NCBI GenBank assembly: GCA_041160865.1
Contig: JBEAVQ010000003.1
Span: 5,762 to 69,761, forward strand
Source of the DNA: Pseudomonadota bacterium
GTDB taxonomy: Bacteria > Pseudomonadota > Alphaproteobacteria > Caulobacterales > Aquidulcibacteraceae
DNA length: 64,000 nucleotides
Reading direction: 5' to 3'
A model generated the notes under the pieces. That model had not been told where the DNA came from. It saw only the letters and a program-made list of their open reading frames with translations, and made no database searches. Positions 47,041 through 57,604 of the stretch are shown in pieces (the first letter of the stretch is position 1; each line of letters opens with the position of its first letter). The translations under genes and the position numbers were made by a program.

Positions 47041-47901
47041 ATGATCGACATGGCCATTCCGTTTCCCGAACTTTCCCCTTTTGTGTTCCAACTGCCGATG
47101 TTTGACCTGTTCGGGTTTGCACTTGGGCCATTTGGCTTGCGTTGGTATGCGCTGGCCTATGTCGCTGGCTTGGTCCTTGGTTGGCGGCTGATGGCGGGGA
47201 TGGTGAAAAAGCCCGGCCTATGGGGTCCAACTTCACCACTTGATGAGGAAGATATCGACGACTTCCTGTTTTATGCGACCTTGGGCGTGCTGCTTGGCGG
47301 TCGTGTTGGCTATGTCTTGTTTTATCGCCCAGAAATGCTGGCTGATCCGATGTCGGTGTTGCGGGTATGGGAAGGCGGCATGAGCTTCCATGGCGGCTTC
47401 CTCGGCGTCTGTTTGGCCGTGATCGGCACAGCACTGGGTCGAAAGAAGTCTATTCTTTCCCTGGGCGATGCCGTGGCCGTCGTGTCCCCCATTGGTTTGT
47501 TCCTCGGCCGGATGGCAAATTTTATCAATCAGGAGCTTTATGGCCGCGCAGCTGATGTGCCGTGGGCCTTCATCTTCCGCACCGACCCTGAAGGTCTGGC
47601 ACGCCACCCCAGCCAACTTTATCAGGCAGCGTTGGAAGGCCTCTTGCTCTTTATCGTGTTGCAAGTGGCTGTCGCACGGTTTGACATTTTGAAGCGCCCC
47701 GGCCAAGCCGCAGGCCTTTTTGTGGCTGGCTATGGCATAGCGCGCTTGATAGGTGAGCAGTTCCGCGAACCCGATGCAGGATTAATCTTGGATCTAACAC
47801 GCGGTGAACTCTATTCAGTGCCCATGGTCATTGCAGGCATTGCCCTTTTTGTTCTGGGTAGCCTGCGCGCTGGCAAAGCCAAGCCAGAACAAGCAGAATA
47901 A
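47041..47901 (+). CDS. lgt: Prolipoprotein diacylglyceryl transferase
   Basis: RWYALAY, GGRVGYVLFY, GGMSFHGG, GRMANFINQEL, HPSQLY. Confidence 0.96.
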   Translation: MIDMAIPFPELSPFVFQLPMFDLFGFALGPFGLRWYALAYVAGLVLGWRLMAGMVKKPGLWGPTSPLDEEDIDDFLFYATLGVLLGGRVGYVLFYRPEMLADPMSVLRVWEGGMSFHGGFLGVCLAVIGTALGRKKSILSLGDAVAVVSPIGLFLGRMANFINQELYGRAADVPWAFIFRTDPEGLARHPSQLYQAALEGLLLFIVLQVAVARFDILKRPGQAAGLFVAGYGIARLIGEQFREPDAGLILDLTRGELYSVPMVIAGIALFVLGSLRAGKAKPEQAE

Positions 47902-47906
47902 ACGCT

Positions 47907-49004
47907 GTGACCGTGCCAGAGCGCGCGCCGCCAACTGGGCTTGGAACCCGCTTGGCTCGTATGATTGCAGAGTGTGGCCCGATCAGCATTGACGCCTTCA
48001 TGGCCCACGCACTTTATGATCCCCAAGCTGGCTATTACGCTAAGCAGCAGCCCTTGGGCTCACGCGGGGATTTCACCACCAGCCCTGAGATCAGTCAGAT
48101 TTTTGGTGAGTTGATTGGGCTGTGGTTCGCACAAAGCTGGCTAGACCTTGGCAGCCCTTCCCCCTTCCACCTGATTGAATTGGGTCCGGGTCGGGGCACT
48201 TTGATGGCAGACATGCTGCGAGTCTGCCAAAGGGTCCCGGGCTTCATGGCGGCCTTGCAGCTGCATTTGGTTGAGACGAACCAGCAACTCAAAGAAGCCC
48301 AGCGCACCGCACTGGGAGTAATACCTGCACACTGGCACGACACGCTCGATGACGTGCCTGATGGTGATAGTTTTATCATCGCCAATGAATTCCTCGACTG
48401 TTTGCCTGTCCGCCAATATGTGCGAGGCGAGCAGGGCTGGCATGAGAAGTTGGTTGGCCTCGATGCGGAGCAAAGGCTTATCTTTGGCCTCGGCCCACTT
48501 ATGCCAGAGCCACCCACATGCGCCCAGCCTAATGACAGCGTCGGTGCCGTGCGTGAAGAGTCACCGGGGCTTCCAACGCTGGTTGAAACCATCGCCAAGC
48601 GTCTACGCACCGCCTCTGGACGTGCCCTGATTATTGATTACAGCGACGTGAGTGGCGAAGCCGGAGATAGCTTCCAAGCACTTTTCCGCCATCAAAAAAT
48701 CCACGCATTAGACCATGTTGGCGAAGCCGATCTGACAGCCCATGTCGATTTTGCTGCCTTGATTTCATTGGCCATCGCGAGCGGCCTCGGCACCTCTGGC
48801 CCAGTAACACAGCGCCAATTCCTGCAAAGTCTTAGCATTGAAGCGCGCCGCGATGCCCTCATTCGCGCAAACCCCCACTGCGAATCTGACCTGACTGAGA
48901 GTGTGGAAAGACTGATCGGAGAGGCGCATATGGGCTTGATGTTCCATGTGGTGGCGTTTGAGTCTCCCCTCAATGCCGCCGCTGGTCCATCCATTGGACT
49001 TTAA
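47907..49004 (+). CDS. SAM-dependent methyltransferase, MidA/NDUFAF7 (DUF185) family
   Basis: GYY...GDFTTSPEISQIFGE, ELGPGRGTL, ANEFLDCLP, DLTAHVDF. Confidence 0.9.
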   Translation: MTVPERAPPTGLGTRLARMIAECGPISIDAFMAHALYDPQAGYYAKQQPLGSRGDFTTSPEISQIFGELIGLWFAQSWLDLGSPSPFHLIELGPGRGTLMADMLRVCQRVPGFMAALQLHLVETNQQLKEAQRTALGVIPAHWHDTLDDVPDGDSFIIANEFLDCLPVRQYVRGEQGWHEKLVGLDAEQRLIFGLGPLMPEPPTCAQPNDSVGAVREESPGLPTLVETIAKRLRTASGRALIIDYSDVSGEAGDSFQALFRHQKIHALDHVGEADLTAHVDFAALISLAIASGLGTSGPVTQRQFLQSLSIEARRDALIRANPHCESDLTESVERLIGEAHMGLMFHVVAFESPLNAAAGPSIGL

Positions 49005-49010
49005 CCGACC

Positions 49011-49838
49011 ATGTCAGACGTCGCCACAAAGCTTACCCCCGCATTTCCATCCGAAGACGTGATCTTTGAACTCGCCCCTGTGCGATCAGCCATGCTGTCG
49101 CAATTGGCAGGGTTTGAGCATGGTTTTTATGGTCGCGTTGGCGGGGTGTCCTCGGGCATTTATGAAAGCTTGAACTCTGGCCCCGGCTCAAACGATGATC
49201 CGGCCAATGTGGCAGAAAACCGTTGCCGCATCGCCAGCCACATTGGCGTCTCGCCTGACCGCCTTCTGTCAGCCTATCAAGTCCATGGTACAGACGCCTT
49301 GATGGTCGATGGCCCTTTCCACGGTGAACGCCCGCAAGTCGACGCTTTGGTGACGCGCTGTCCATCGGTTGCGCCATCGGTGCTAACAGCTGATTGCGCG
49401 CCAATATTATTTGCAGACCCTGCCGCACGTATTGTCGCCGCAGCCCATGCGGGCTGGAAGGGCGCAATTGGCGGTATCTTGGAAGCAACGATCGCAAAGA
49501 TAGTGAAGCTTGGCGGCTCCCCTGCCCGCATCGTAGCAGCTGTTGGCCCTTGCATCGCCCAAGCCAGCTATGAAGTTGGCCCTGAGTTTGTGGCGACCTT
49601 CATCCAAGCTGATCCAGCGAACGAGCGTTTCTTCATTCCCGGAAACGACGATCGCTCGCTTTTCGACCTCAAACGCTATTGCGCCGCACGGTTGCGGGCC
49701 GCAGGCTTGGGTGCGGTTGACGTGCTCCCGCAAGACACGTGCGCTGAAGAATCCCACTTCTTTTCGAACCGCCGACGCAATCTGGCAGGCGAAGCCGACT
49801 ACGGACGAAATTTGTCTGCCATTCGTATCGTCCGATAG
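49011..49838 (+). CDS. pgeF: Purine nucleoside phosphorylase / PgeF (YfiH)
   Basis: QVHG, LTADCAPILF, AAHAGWKG, GPCI, FFSNRR. Confidence 0.92.
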   Translation: MSDVATKLTPAFPSEDVIFELAPVRSAMLSQLAGFEHGFYGRVGGVSSGIYESLNSGPGSNDDPANVAENRCRIASHIGVSPDRLLSAYQVHGTDALMVDGPFHGERPQVDALVTRCPSVAPSVLTADCAPILFADPAARIVAAAHAGWKGAIGGILEATIAKIVKLGGSPARIVAAVGPCIAQASYEVGPEFVATFIQADPANERFFIPGNDDRSLFDLKRYCAARLRAAGLGAVDVLPQDTCAEESHFFSNRRRNLAGEADYGRNLSAIRIVR

Positions 49839-49941
49839 CACTACAAAGGCTTGCGCGAGGGTCACTCTCTGCTTAATCGACCGCTCAAGCAATCGCGTTG
49901 CGCTGTGACTCGGATTGGCGTTTAGACGGGGATCGATCATC

Positions 49942-50874
49942 ATGAAATTGCTTGCAGGCAACGCCAATCAACCCTTGGCATCCTCCATCGCTGATTACCT
50001 CGATGTCCCACTCACGCGCGCCCAAGTGCGCCGCTTTGCAGACAATGAGATTTTCGCGACCATTGATGAGAATGTGCGCGGTGAAGACGTCTTCATCATC
50101 CAGTCGACCAGCGCGCCGGCCAACGACCATTTGATGGAGTTGCTGATCTGTATGGACGCGCTGCGCCGCGCGTCGGCCCGCCGCATCACCGCCGTCCTGC
50201 CTTATTTCGGCTATGCCCGTCAGGACCGGAAAACCGGTGGTCGGACGCCTATTTCCGCCAAGCTGGTCGCGAATTTGGTCACCACAGCTGGTGCAGACCG
50301 CGTGCTGACCATGGAATTGCATGCCGGGCAAATCCAAGGCTTCTTTGATATCCCGACCGACAATCTCTTCATCACCAATACGATGGAGCAAGATATTCGC
50401 CGCAACTATAAGACCGATGATCTGATGATCGTCTCCCCAGACGTTGGCGGTGTGGTGCGCGCGCGCGCCTTAGCTAATCGCCTTGGTGCCGACCTTGCCA
50501 TAGTTGACAAGCGCCGCGAGCGGGCCGGCGAGAGCGAAGTGATGAACATCATTGGCGACGTGTCAGGCCGAGCCTGCATCCTGTTTGATGACATTGTCGA
50601 TTCGGCTGGTACGCTGTGCAATGCCGCCGCCGCCATGATGGACAAAGGCGCTGCCTCGGTTTCAGCTTATGTGGCCCACGGCGTGATGTCGGGAGGAGCA
50701 TTTGACCGCGTCGATGCGTCAGCTCTGAAAGAGTTAGTTGTCTCAAACTCCATCGATCACGGCGACAAATTCTCGACGTCGAGCAAAGTGCGCTGCGTCT
50801 CCGTTGCGCCCCTTATTGGGGAAGCCATTCGCCGGATCGCGAATGAAGAAAGCGTTTCGAAGCTGTTTGATTAA
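49942..50874 (+). CDS. prs: Ribose-phosphate pyrophosphokinase
   Basis: [31 protein letters not shown]; start set at MKLLAG. Confidence 0.97.
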   Translation: MKLLAGNANQPLASSIADYLDVPLTRAQVRRFADNEIFATIDENVRGEDVFIIQSTSAPANDHLMELLICMDALRRASARRITAVLPYFGYARQDRKTGGRTPISAKLVANLVTTAGADRVLTMELHAGQIQGFFDIPTDNLFITNTMEQDIRRNYKTDDLMIVSPDVGGVVRARALANRLGADLAIVDKRRERAGESEVMNIIGDVSGRACILFDDIVDSAGTLCNAAAAMMDKGAASVSAYVAHGVMSGGAFDRVDASALKELVVSNSIDHGDKFSTSSKVRCVSVAPLIGEAIRRIANEESVSKLFD

Positions 50875-50923
50875 GGCTGGCGCTGGTTTCCGCGCTGCTC
50901 GTGTCGTGTCTCGGCATAAGACG

Positions 50924-51271
50924 CTAGCTACGGGTTGTTGCGCTTAACTCTGGAATATTGCTTTCCACCCAAAACACAAGCGACCGCACTTCTTGCCTCA
51001 GAGACTTGCCAAGCGGCGTCAATTCATAGGTGACATGAGGCGGCACAGTGCCGTGATCTTCACGCTTGACGATCCCTGTTGTCTCAAGATCTCGCAACGT
51101 TTGGGTGAGCATTTTTTGCGAAATGCCTTCGACCTTGCGCATCAAGGAACCATTGCGCGCGGGGCCATCGTCTAACGCATTGATAACCAGCAGCGACCAC
51201 TTACTTGCAACAAACGCCAGATAGCGTCGCGACGCACATTTTCGAGCAAGCACGTTTGGCGGCTGTCCCAT
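50924..51271 (-). CDS. HxlR/DUF24-family winged-helix regulator
   Basis: N-terminal Cys (KCASR), KWSLLVI, GISQKMLTQTLRDLE, PPHVTYELTPLG. Confidence 0.9.
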   Translation of the reverse strand: MGQPPNVLARKCASRRYLAFVASKWSLLVINALDDGPARNGSLMRKVEGISQKMLTQTLRDLETTGIVKREDHGTVPPHVTYELTPLGKSLRQEVRSLVFWVESNIPELSATTRS

Positions 51272-51296
51272 CTTCTTTCCTGCGCAAATTTTATAG

Positions 51297-51315
51297 GCAC
51301 CAAAAGGTGCGTACT
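51297..51315. promoter_or_regulatory. Candidate HxlR-family operator
   Basis: GCACC-AAAA-GGTGC-GTACT between the divergent regulator and its partner. Confidence 0.5.
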
Positions 51316-51372
51316 ATCATTAGGGTAATGGCTTGGCTAGCTTCTAGATCGTATAGCTAACTGGGGACAAAG

Positions 51373-51726
51373 ATGAACTTACTCAATAACATCGGCGCTA
51401 TCATCACAATGTTGATGGGCTGCTTGGGATTATTCTTTCCAAAGAAAGCATCTGAGTTGACAGGACTTTCGCCAGTTACGCCAGCTGGACAGGCGGAGTT
51501 TCGGGGAACTCTCGGCGTCACGTTTATATTTCTGGGATTGGTCCCTGTCGTCACACAGAACGACGTTGCGTTCCTAACTGTTGGCCTATGCTGGCTCGGC
51601 GCCGCAATCGGCCGCGTCATTTCGATCTTTTTAGACCATGGCAATGAAGCAAAGAATTGGATTGCAGTTGGGTTTGAATGCGCGATTGCAGCGCTGCTTT
51701 TAGTTGGGCTGTCGGTCGTCGTTTAG
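51373..51726 (+). CDS. Small 4-TM membrane protein (DUF4345-like)
   Basis: GQAEFRGTLG, AAIGRVISIFLD, four hydrophobic segments. Confidence 0.7.
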   Translation: MNLLNNIGAIITMLMGCLGLFFPKKASELTGLSPVTPAGQAEFRGTLGVTFIFLGLVPVVTQNDVAFLTVGLCWLGAAIGRVISIFLDHGNEAKNWIAVGFECAIAALLLVGLSVVV

Positions 51727-51741
51727 GCCGCTAGCCACCTC

Positions 51742-51767
51742 ATCGGCAGGCCCAAGCGCCTGCCGAT
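51742..51767. terminator. Hairpin between convergent DUF4345-like gene and icd
   Basis: ATCGGCAGG-cccaagcg-CCTGCCGAT. Confidence 0.6.
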
Positions 51768-51782
51768 AGGGGTTTTGTTGTC

Positions 51783-52997
51783 TTATTCAGCCATGGCTGC
51801 TTCGAGGTTGGTAGCGACTTTTTTCAAGAAGCCTTCGGTGGAGAGCCAAGATTGCTCATCACCGACCAACAAAGCCAAGTCCTTGGTCATGAAGCCATCT
51901 TCAACTGTAGCGATGACGACTTCTTCCATCTTGGTGGCGAACTTCATCAGCTCTGCATTGTCGTCGAGCTTTGCACGGTGGGCGAGGCCACGGGTCCAAG
52001 CAAAGATTGAGGCGATGGAGTTGGTGGAGGTTTGTTCGCCGCGCTGATGTTGGCGGTAGTGACGGGTCACCGTGCCGTGGGCAGCTTCTGATTCCAAGAC
52101 CTTGCCATCTGGCGTCATCAGAACCGACGTCATCAGACCCAGAGAGCCAAAGCCCTGTGCGACGGTGTCGGATTGGACGTCGCCGTCGTAATTCTTACAA
52201 GCCCAAACAAAACCGCCCGACCATTTCATAGCCGAAGCCACCATGTCGTCGATCAAGCGGTGCTCATACACCAGACCCAATTCCTTGAACTGGGCCGCAT
52301 AATCAGCGTCGAACACTTCTTGGAAGATGTCCTTGAAACGGCCATCATAGGCTTTCAGGATCGTGTTCTTGGTCGACAGATAGACAGGGTATTTGCGAGC
52401 CAAACCAAAGGCAAAGCTGGCATGGGCAAAGTCGCGGATCGAGTCGTCGAGGTTGTACATGGCCATAGCCACGCCAGAGCCTGGGTAATCAAACACTTCG
52501 TGCTCAATCACCTGGCCGTCTTCGCCGACGAATTTGATCGTGAGCTTACCGGGGCCTGGAACTTTGAAATCGGTGGCTTTGTACTGGTCAGCAAAGGCAT
52601 GACGGCCGATGATGATCGGCTTGGTCCAGCCTGGAACCAGACGCGGCACGTTGGCGCAGATGATTGGCTCCCGGAACACCACGCCACCCAGAATGTTGCG
52701 GATCGTGCCGTTTGGCGACTTCCACATCTTCTTCAGCTTGAACTCTTCAACGCGCGCTTCATCGGGGGTGATGGTAGCGCACTTAATGCCAACGCCATGC
52801 TTTTGGATGGCCTTGGCTGCGTCGATGGTGACTTGGTCGTTTGTTGCGTCGCGGTTCTCGATCGAGAGGTCATAATACTCAATCTCGAGGTCGAGATAAG
52901 GCGTGATCAGGAAGTCTTTGATCATCTGCCAGATGATGCGGGTCATTTCGTCGCCATCAAGATCGACAACTGGATTAGCAACTTTAATCTTCGCCAT
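51783..52997 (-). CDS. icd: NADP-dependent isocitrate dehydrogenase (type II)
   Basis: [54 protein letters not shown]. Confidence 0.98.
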   Translation of the reverse strand: MAKIKVANPVVDLDGDEMTRIIWQMIKDFLITPYLDLEIEYYDLSIENRDATNDQVTIDAAKAIQKHGVGIKCATITPDEARVEEFKLKKMWKSPNGTIRNILGGVVFREPIICANVPRLVPGWTKPIIIGRHAFADQYKATDFKVPGPGKLTIKFVGEDGQVIEHEVFDYPGSGVAMAMYNLDDSIRDFAHASFAFGLARKYPVYLSTKNTILKAYDGRFKDIFQEVFDADYAAQFKELGLVYEHRLIDDMVASAMKWSGGFVWACKNYDGDVQSDTVAQGFGSLGLMTSVLMTPDGKVLESEAAHGTVTRHYRQHQRGEQTSTNSIASIFAWTRGLAHRAKLDDNAELMKFATKMEEVVIATVEDGFMTKDLALLVGDEQSWLSTEGFLKKVATNLEAAMAE

Positions 52998-53122
52998 GTT
53001 TTTCCCCTATTGGTCCACGAACGCCGCGGCCTGTAAGTGATATGTCCGCAAATCGGTTGGGTGGGCTATAGCACCTCCAGCGATGTGGAAAAGACGTCTT
53101 CAACAAGAGTGACAGCGACAAG

Positions 53123-54286
53123 ATGCGCAAAGATGCAGAACCGGCCCCCGCGCCTACAGCTTGGGCTCCTCCAAAGCCTGCTTTTGACGGCTCCCGTCCG
53201 GTGGGTGTAGGCCCCAATGGGCCGCTGTCGAAAGCCGAACAGGCTGCCCTACCCGGTTGGGGTGAGGCACCTGCCATTTGCCTTGTCCATCCGCAGATGG
53301 GCGAGAATATTGGTGCGACGGCTCGGGCCATGGCCAATTTTGGCTTTTCAGAGTTGATTCTGGTTAAGCCACGCGATGTCTGGCCCAATCCAAAGGCTTG
53401 GGCACTAGCGAGTGGCGCTGAATGGCCCTTGGAAAGTGCGCAGGTGGTTGAAACGGCCGAAGAGGCTCTGGCTGAAAAAACCTTTGTGATCGCGACCACG
53501 GGTACGCCCCGCCAACTCGACAAGCCGCTCATCGGACCGCGCGAAGCGGTCGCCCGCATGCGGGAAGCCATGCGCGCAGGGGAAAAGCCGGTGATCTTGT
53601 TTGGGTCTGAGCGTTCTGGCCTCGAGAATGATTTGATCATTGGGGCGGACCTCTTGGTGACGTTTCCCGTCGATGGCCGCTTTCCCAGCTTGAATCTTGC
53701 CCAATCGGTTGCGTGCTTCTGTTATGAGTGGGCGAGTGGGTCAGAGGCAAACGGCCCGCCCCCCGGTTGGACCATTGAAGAAAAGCCCACCGCCCCGCGC
53801 GCAGCCTTTGAAAGCTTTTTTGAGCATTGGGTAGCCGACTTAGACGAGACCCGCTTTTTCTGGCCAGAGGACCGCAAAAGCACGATGGTGGAAACCATGC
53901 GCAACGCCTTTGTGCGGGGCCGCTTCACGATGAATGAGATCAGCCTGATCCGGGGTGCGCTGCGCTCCTTGGCTGGTGGGCCGCGTCGTCGGGCGCTAGA
54001 GACCGATGCCGCCGTGCAGCGCGCCAAGCTGGAAAGCTGGGTCAAGGCGCGCCGCGAGGGTAATCAGCCAGTGTGCCTCGATCTTCAAACAGAGACAGCC
54101 AAAATCGGCGCAGGCCCGGTCGAAGCTGACTATGTCTACAGTGTTTTTGACGCCGATGATGGCGTCGTCATCGTTTGCGATGGCCTAGGCCAGCTCGGCG
54201 CTTGGATGGTGAAGCTATCTCAAGGGCGCATCAAAGCCGCGACTTATCAGGCCTTCGCCACAAGCGATAAGGCCGACGCGACTTAA
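53123..54286 (+). CDS. trmJ: TrmJ-family SPOUT RNA methyltransferase with extra C-terminal domain
   Basis: PQMGENIGATARAM, LFGSERSGL, SLNLAQSV; about 100 aa extension after GGPRRR. Confidence 0.85.
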   Translation: MRKDAEPAPAPTAWAPPKPAFDGSRPVGVGPNGPLSKAEQAALPGWGEAPAICLVHPQMGENIGATARAMANFGFSELILVKPRDVWPNPKAWALASGAEWPLESAQVVETAEEALAEKTFVIATTGTPRQLDKPLIGPREAVARMREAMRAGEKPVILFGSERSGLENDLIIGADLLVTFPVDGRFPSLNLAQSVACFCYEWASGSEANGPPPGWTIEEKPTAPRAAFESFFEHWVADLDETRFFWPEDRKSTMVETMRNAFVRGRFTMNEISLIRGALRSLAGGPRRRALETDAAVQRAKLESWVKARREGNQPVCLDLQTETAKIGAGPVEADYVYSVFDADDGVVIVCDGLGQLGAWMVKLSQGRIKAATYQAFATSDKADAT

Positions 54287-55374
54287 GCTTTCGGTTTTCC
54301 AGCCATAAAGCTAGGAATCTTCGCGCGGAGCCAGTTACGGGCTGGCTTTTCAACCAGTGCATGGGCAATCGCTGCCACGACAATGCTGGTCCAAACGCTT
54401 CCAATGCCAATCACCAAGGCCATCGTGCCCTTCGGCTCGCCGATCACACGCTCAACAATCTGATAAAGAGCAATATCGACGGGGAGATGGACCATATAGG
54501 CCGCAAACGAAATCTCGCCCAAATAGACCCAAGTCTTGGACGCCAATAGCGGCGCTTGGTTGGTTTTGGACGTCTCTGCAAGAAAGAACACAAGACCAGC
54601 TAAGCCCGGCCAAATCCAATAGGAAGGCCACCCCCATGCAGCAGCCATGGCTACCCAAATCGCGCTGATGGCTACACCAAGCCCTGCAACGCCCGCAGGC
54701 AAGCTCAAGTTTCGCCCCAAGAACCATAAAGCGATCCCCATTCCGAAGGACGGTACAATGCGGACAATCCCGCCCTTCCAAGTCATGTTCATCAGCTCAA
54801 TCTTGTAATGGCCCATCCAAGCGACGAAGGTGGCGAACACCGCCGCCATCACCACCACGCCGATCAAAGGCCGCTTCGCAAATAAAGCGGCGATGCCAAA
54901 GCTGATCGGGAAAGTCAGATAAGCAAACCATTCTGCTGAAATCGACCAAGAAGGGAAGTTCCACCCATCAGAAGCCACTAGGCCCCACGCATGCAACAAG
55001 GCGAGATGATAGGGAATTTGCTCCACCACGAAGGCGGAGGCCTTGAAAGTTGCGCCCATCAGGGACCCTGCCGCCCAAATGGCAATCATAGCGGCCAAGC
55101 AAATCAGATGGAGCGGGTAAATTCGTGCCAAGCGCGCCCATACAAAGCTGCGCCAAGAAAACGTTTTCGCTTCGACCTGCGGGCCGTAGACATGAGCCAA
55201 AACAAATCCGGATAAGATGAAGAAAAGATCGACGCCATAATTGCCAGCATGGACAATGCCGATAGAATCGCGTGGTCCTAGATCAAAGCGTTCCCAGAAA
55301 AAGTAGATCAAAAGCCAGAATGCAGCGACAAAGCGCAGACCGGTAAGTGGGCGAATATCGGCTGGATAGAGCAT
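54283..55374 (-). CDS. Acyltransferase 3 (OafA/YrhL-like) multi-pass O-acyltransferase
   Basis: LTGLRFVAA, GVDLFFILSGFVL, RLARIYPLH, WSISAEWFAY, LGEISFAAYMVH. Confidence 0.9.
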   Translation of the reverse strand: MLYPADIRPLTGLRFVAAFWLLIYFFWERFDLGPRDSIGIVHAGNYGVDLFFILSGFVLAHVYGPQVEAKTFSWRSFVWARLARIYPLHLICLAAMIAIWAAGSLMGATFKASAFVVEQIPYHLALLHAWGLVASDGWNFPSWSISAEWFAYLTFPISFGIAALFAKRPLIGVVVMAAVFATFVAWMGHYKIELMNMTWKGGIVRIVPSFGMGIALWFLGRNLSLPAGVAGLGVAISAIWVAMAAAWGWPSYWIWPGLAGLVFFLAETSKTNQAPLLASKTWVYLGEISFAAYMVHLPVDIALYQIVERVIGEPKGTMALVIGIGSVWTSIVVAAIAHALVEKPARNWLRAKIPSFMAGKPKA

Positions 55375-55568
55375 GTTAAACCTAATCTATGGATTTATAT
55401 TCGGACATTAAACGACTAATCTTGTTACTTTGATAAGACCTTCGTGACGCACAGAATTTTTCAGCCGTTTTATCGGCCGTTGCGCGTTTCGCTCGACTTT
55501 ACGTGCAATTCCTGCAATCACAGCGCCGAACACAAGGCCGCCCGTGAGGGCTGCGAGGCGCATGAACG

Positions 55569-56780
55569 ATGACATTTGATCAAAGCGACAATTCCCCGCG
55601 CAAGAAAAACGCGCTAGATACCAAGCCTTGGCTGCGCAAAGCCGACCCTGAAGCTACCCCACTGCCAGCAGATTCCATTGTCGAGCGCCCCGGTGAACGG
55701 ATCGCCAAGGCCTTGGCACGCGCGGGCCTATGCTCGCGCCGGGAAGCGGAGCGCTGGATTGAAGAAGGTCGGATCAGCGTCAATGGCGTAGTGCTGGAAA
55801 GCCCAGCCTTTAACGTCACGGCTCAAGATCGTATTGCAGTAGATGGCCGCCCCGTCGACAGCCCAGAACCGACGCGCCTGTGGCGCTATCATAAGCCAGA
55901 TGGCTTAGTGACCACCCACAAGGACCCGCAAGGCCGGGAAACGGTGTTTGACCATTTACCCCAAGACCTGCCGCGCGTGATTTCAGTTGGACGGTTGGAT
56001 TTAAGTTCCGAAGGGCTGCTCTTGCTGACAAATGATGGCGGATTAGCTCGGTCGCTGGAACTGCCCTCAACTGGTTGGCTGAGGCGTTATCGGGTCCGCG
56101 CTTTCGGTCGGGTTAGCCAAGAAGAACTGGCGCAACTGGCCGATGGCATCACAGTCGACGGTATCACTTATGGACCGATGGAAGCGGTCCTTGATCGGGC
56201 AGAAACCGCCAATGCCTGGATCACCGTCTCGATCCGCGAAGGCAAGAACCGTGAAGTCCGTCGCGTTCTGGAAGCCATTGGGTTGAAAGTAAACCGCCTG
56301 ATCCGCGTTTCCTATGGCCCGTTCCAATTGGGCAAAATGCCACCGGGCAGTGTGGAAGAAGTGGCCCCTTCAGCTTTGAAGGAAATGTTGGGAGCCCTTA
56401 TGCCAGACTTGCCACAGCGCTTTTCCAGCCGGCCAGCGCGGGTGCCGCGCCCAGAACTCGAGGCCCCTGCCCTTGTCAAAACAGGTCGTCGGGGTCCTAA
56501 ACCGCCGCCCAAGTCAGCTAAGACACGCGTTAGTCTGCTCGAAGAAGAGACAATGCGGCGTGAGGCGGGCAAAGCCAAAAGTCGCGCGGCACATGCAGGT
56601 TCAGGCACCCCTGCGGCAAAGGGGAAATCAGATTGGGCCGGAAAGTCCCAGGCAGGCTTCAAAAAGCCTTCGGAAGCGGGACCCACCTCAAAGGGCAAGC
56701 CTTACGCAGCGCCCTGGCGGGCAGGCGACGGGCCAAAACGCGCCCAAGCTTCCACAAAACCAAGAAAGCCAAGCAGATAG
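55569..56780 (+). CDS. rluB: 23S rRNA pseudouridine synthase, RluB family, with basic C-terminal tail
   Basis: RIAKALARAGLCSRREAE, VGRLDLSSEGLLLLTNDG, EGKNREVRR. Confidence 0.88.
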   Translation: MTFDQSDNSPRKKNALDTKPWLRKADPEATPLPADSIVERPGERIAKALARAGLCSRREAERWIEEGRISVNGVVLESPAFNVTAQDRIAVDGRPVDSPEPTRLWRYHKPDGLVTTHKDPQGRETVFDHLPQDLPRVISVGRLDLSSEGLLLLTNDGGLARSLELPSTGWLRRYRVRAFGRVSQEELAQLADGITVDGITYGPMEAVLDRAETANAWITVSIREGKNREVRRVLEAIGLKVNRLIRVSYGPFQLGKMPPGSVEEVAPSALKEMLGALMPDLPQRFSSRPARVPRPELEAPALVKTGRRGPKPPPKSAKTRVSLLEEETMRREAGKAKSRAAHAGSGTPAAKGKSDWAGKSQAGFKKPSEAGPTSKGKPYAAPWRAGDGPKRAQASTKPRKPSR

Positions 56781-57604
56781 AGGACGTAGGCGAGGCCTTG
56801 CATCGGGTCCATATCAGCCGGATTGCCGCCAACCATGGTGCCAAGTAGCAAAGCACTCATAAAATTGTTGGCGACATGGCCGCCAATGGCGGCCTCCAAG
56901 CCGTTTAGTCGCCAGGTGGAATAGCCAAACAGGAGGCCCATAAAGAACGTTACCACATAGGTGGCCCAACCCGGATGCCCGATGTGGAGAATCGAGAAGA
57001 TTACAGCGGTCACCAAAACCGCGACCAAGCCATGGGCGATGAAGCGCTGCACATGCTGTAACAGCCAGCCGCGAATATATACCTCTTCAAAGGTCGATTG
57101 CACGAACGTTCCTGCGAGATAGACGCCAGCCAAAAGCAACCAGTCACTTGCTGAAAACTGTGCCAGCCGCGCTTCAAAAGGCCCCATGCTTTCCTGATCA
57201 AAGGCCGCCGAGGTTACATAACTCAAAACCACAACGGCAAAGGAGGCGCTAATGGCTAAAGGCCAACGAAACCTAGATGCACCCGTGAACAGGGTCTTGA
57301 TTGGCGCGCGCTCGACATATTTGCGCCAAGCCATCAAGGCAAGAAAAGCGGGGCCAAACCCACCGACCATCAAGGCGAAAGAACCCATCGCTTCTTCAGA
57401 GGCACTAAACTCAGTCCCCTTTATTAAAAGCATGTTCCGCAGCGGCTCAAAAAACAAAGCCAAGATGACGATACTGATTTGCCAAACCAGAAAAATCCCG
57501 ACGCCGCCCGCGATGGTTCGCCACGTTTTAGACCTGTTCCCACGCATCGCTAGCAAAAAATGATCAGCCTGCGGTGGAATGGCTGGGGAACTTTCAAGCA
57601 TCAA
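56702..57604 (-). CDS. CPBP-family (CAAX/Abi) intramembrane metalloprotease
   Basis: FEEVYIRGWLL (EExxxR), FSILH, GGHVANN (HxxxN). Confidence 0.85.
   Translation of the reverse strand: MMLESSPAIPPQADHFLLAMRGNRSKTWRTIAGGVGIFLVWQISIVILALFFEPLRNMLLIKGTEFSASEEAMGSFALMVGGFGPAFLALMAWRKYVERAPIKTLFTGASRFRWPLAISASFAVVVLSYVTSAAFDQESMGPFEARLAQFSASDWLLLAGVYLAGTFVQSTFEEVYIRGWLLQHVQRFIAHGLVAVLVTAVIFSILHIGHPGWATYVVTFFMGLLFGYSTWRLNGLEAAIGGHVANNFMSALLLGTMVGGNPADMDPMQGLAYVLYLLGFLGFVEAWARFGPSPARQGAA

Noticed and set aside
52173-53036. 287-aa plus-strand ORF antisense to icd
   Set aside because: Shadow ORF in register with a strongly codon-biased gene; no recognisable motifs
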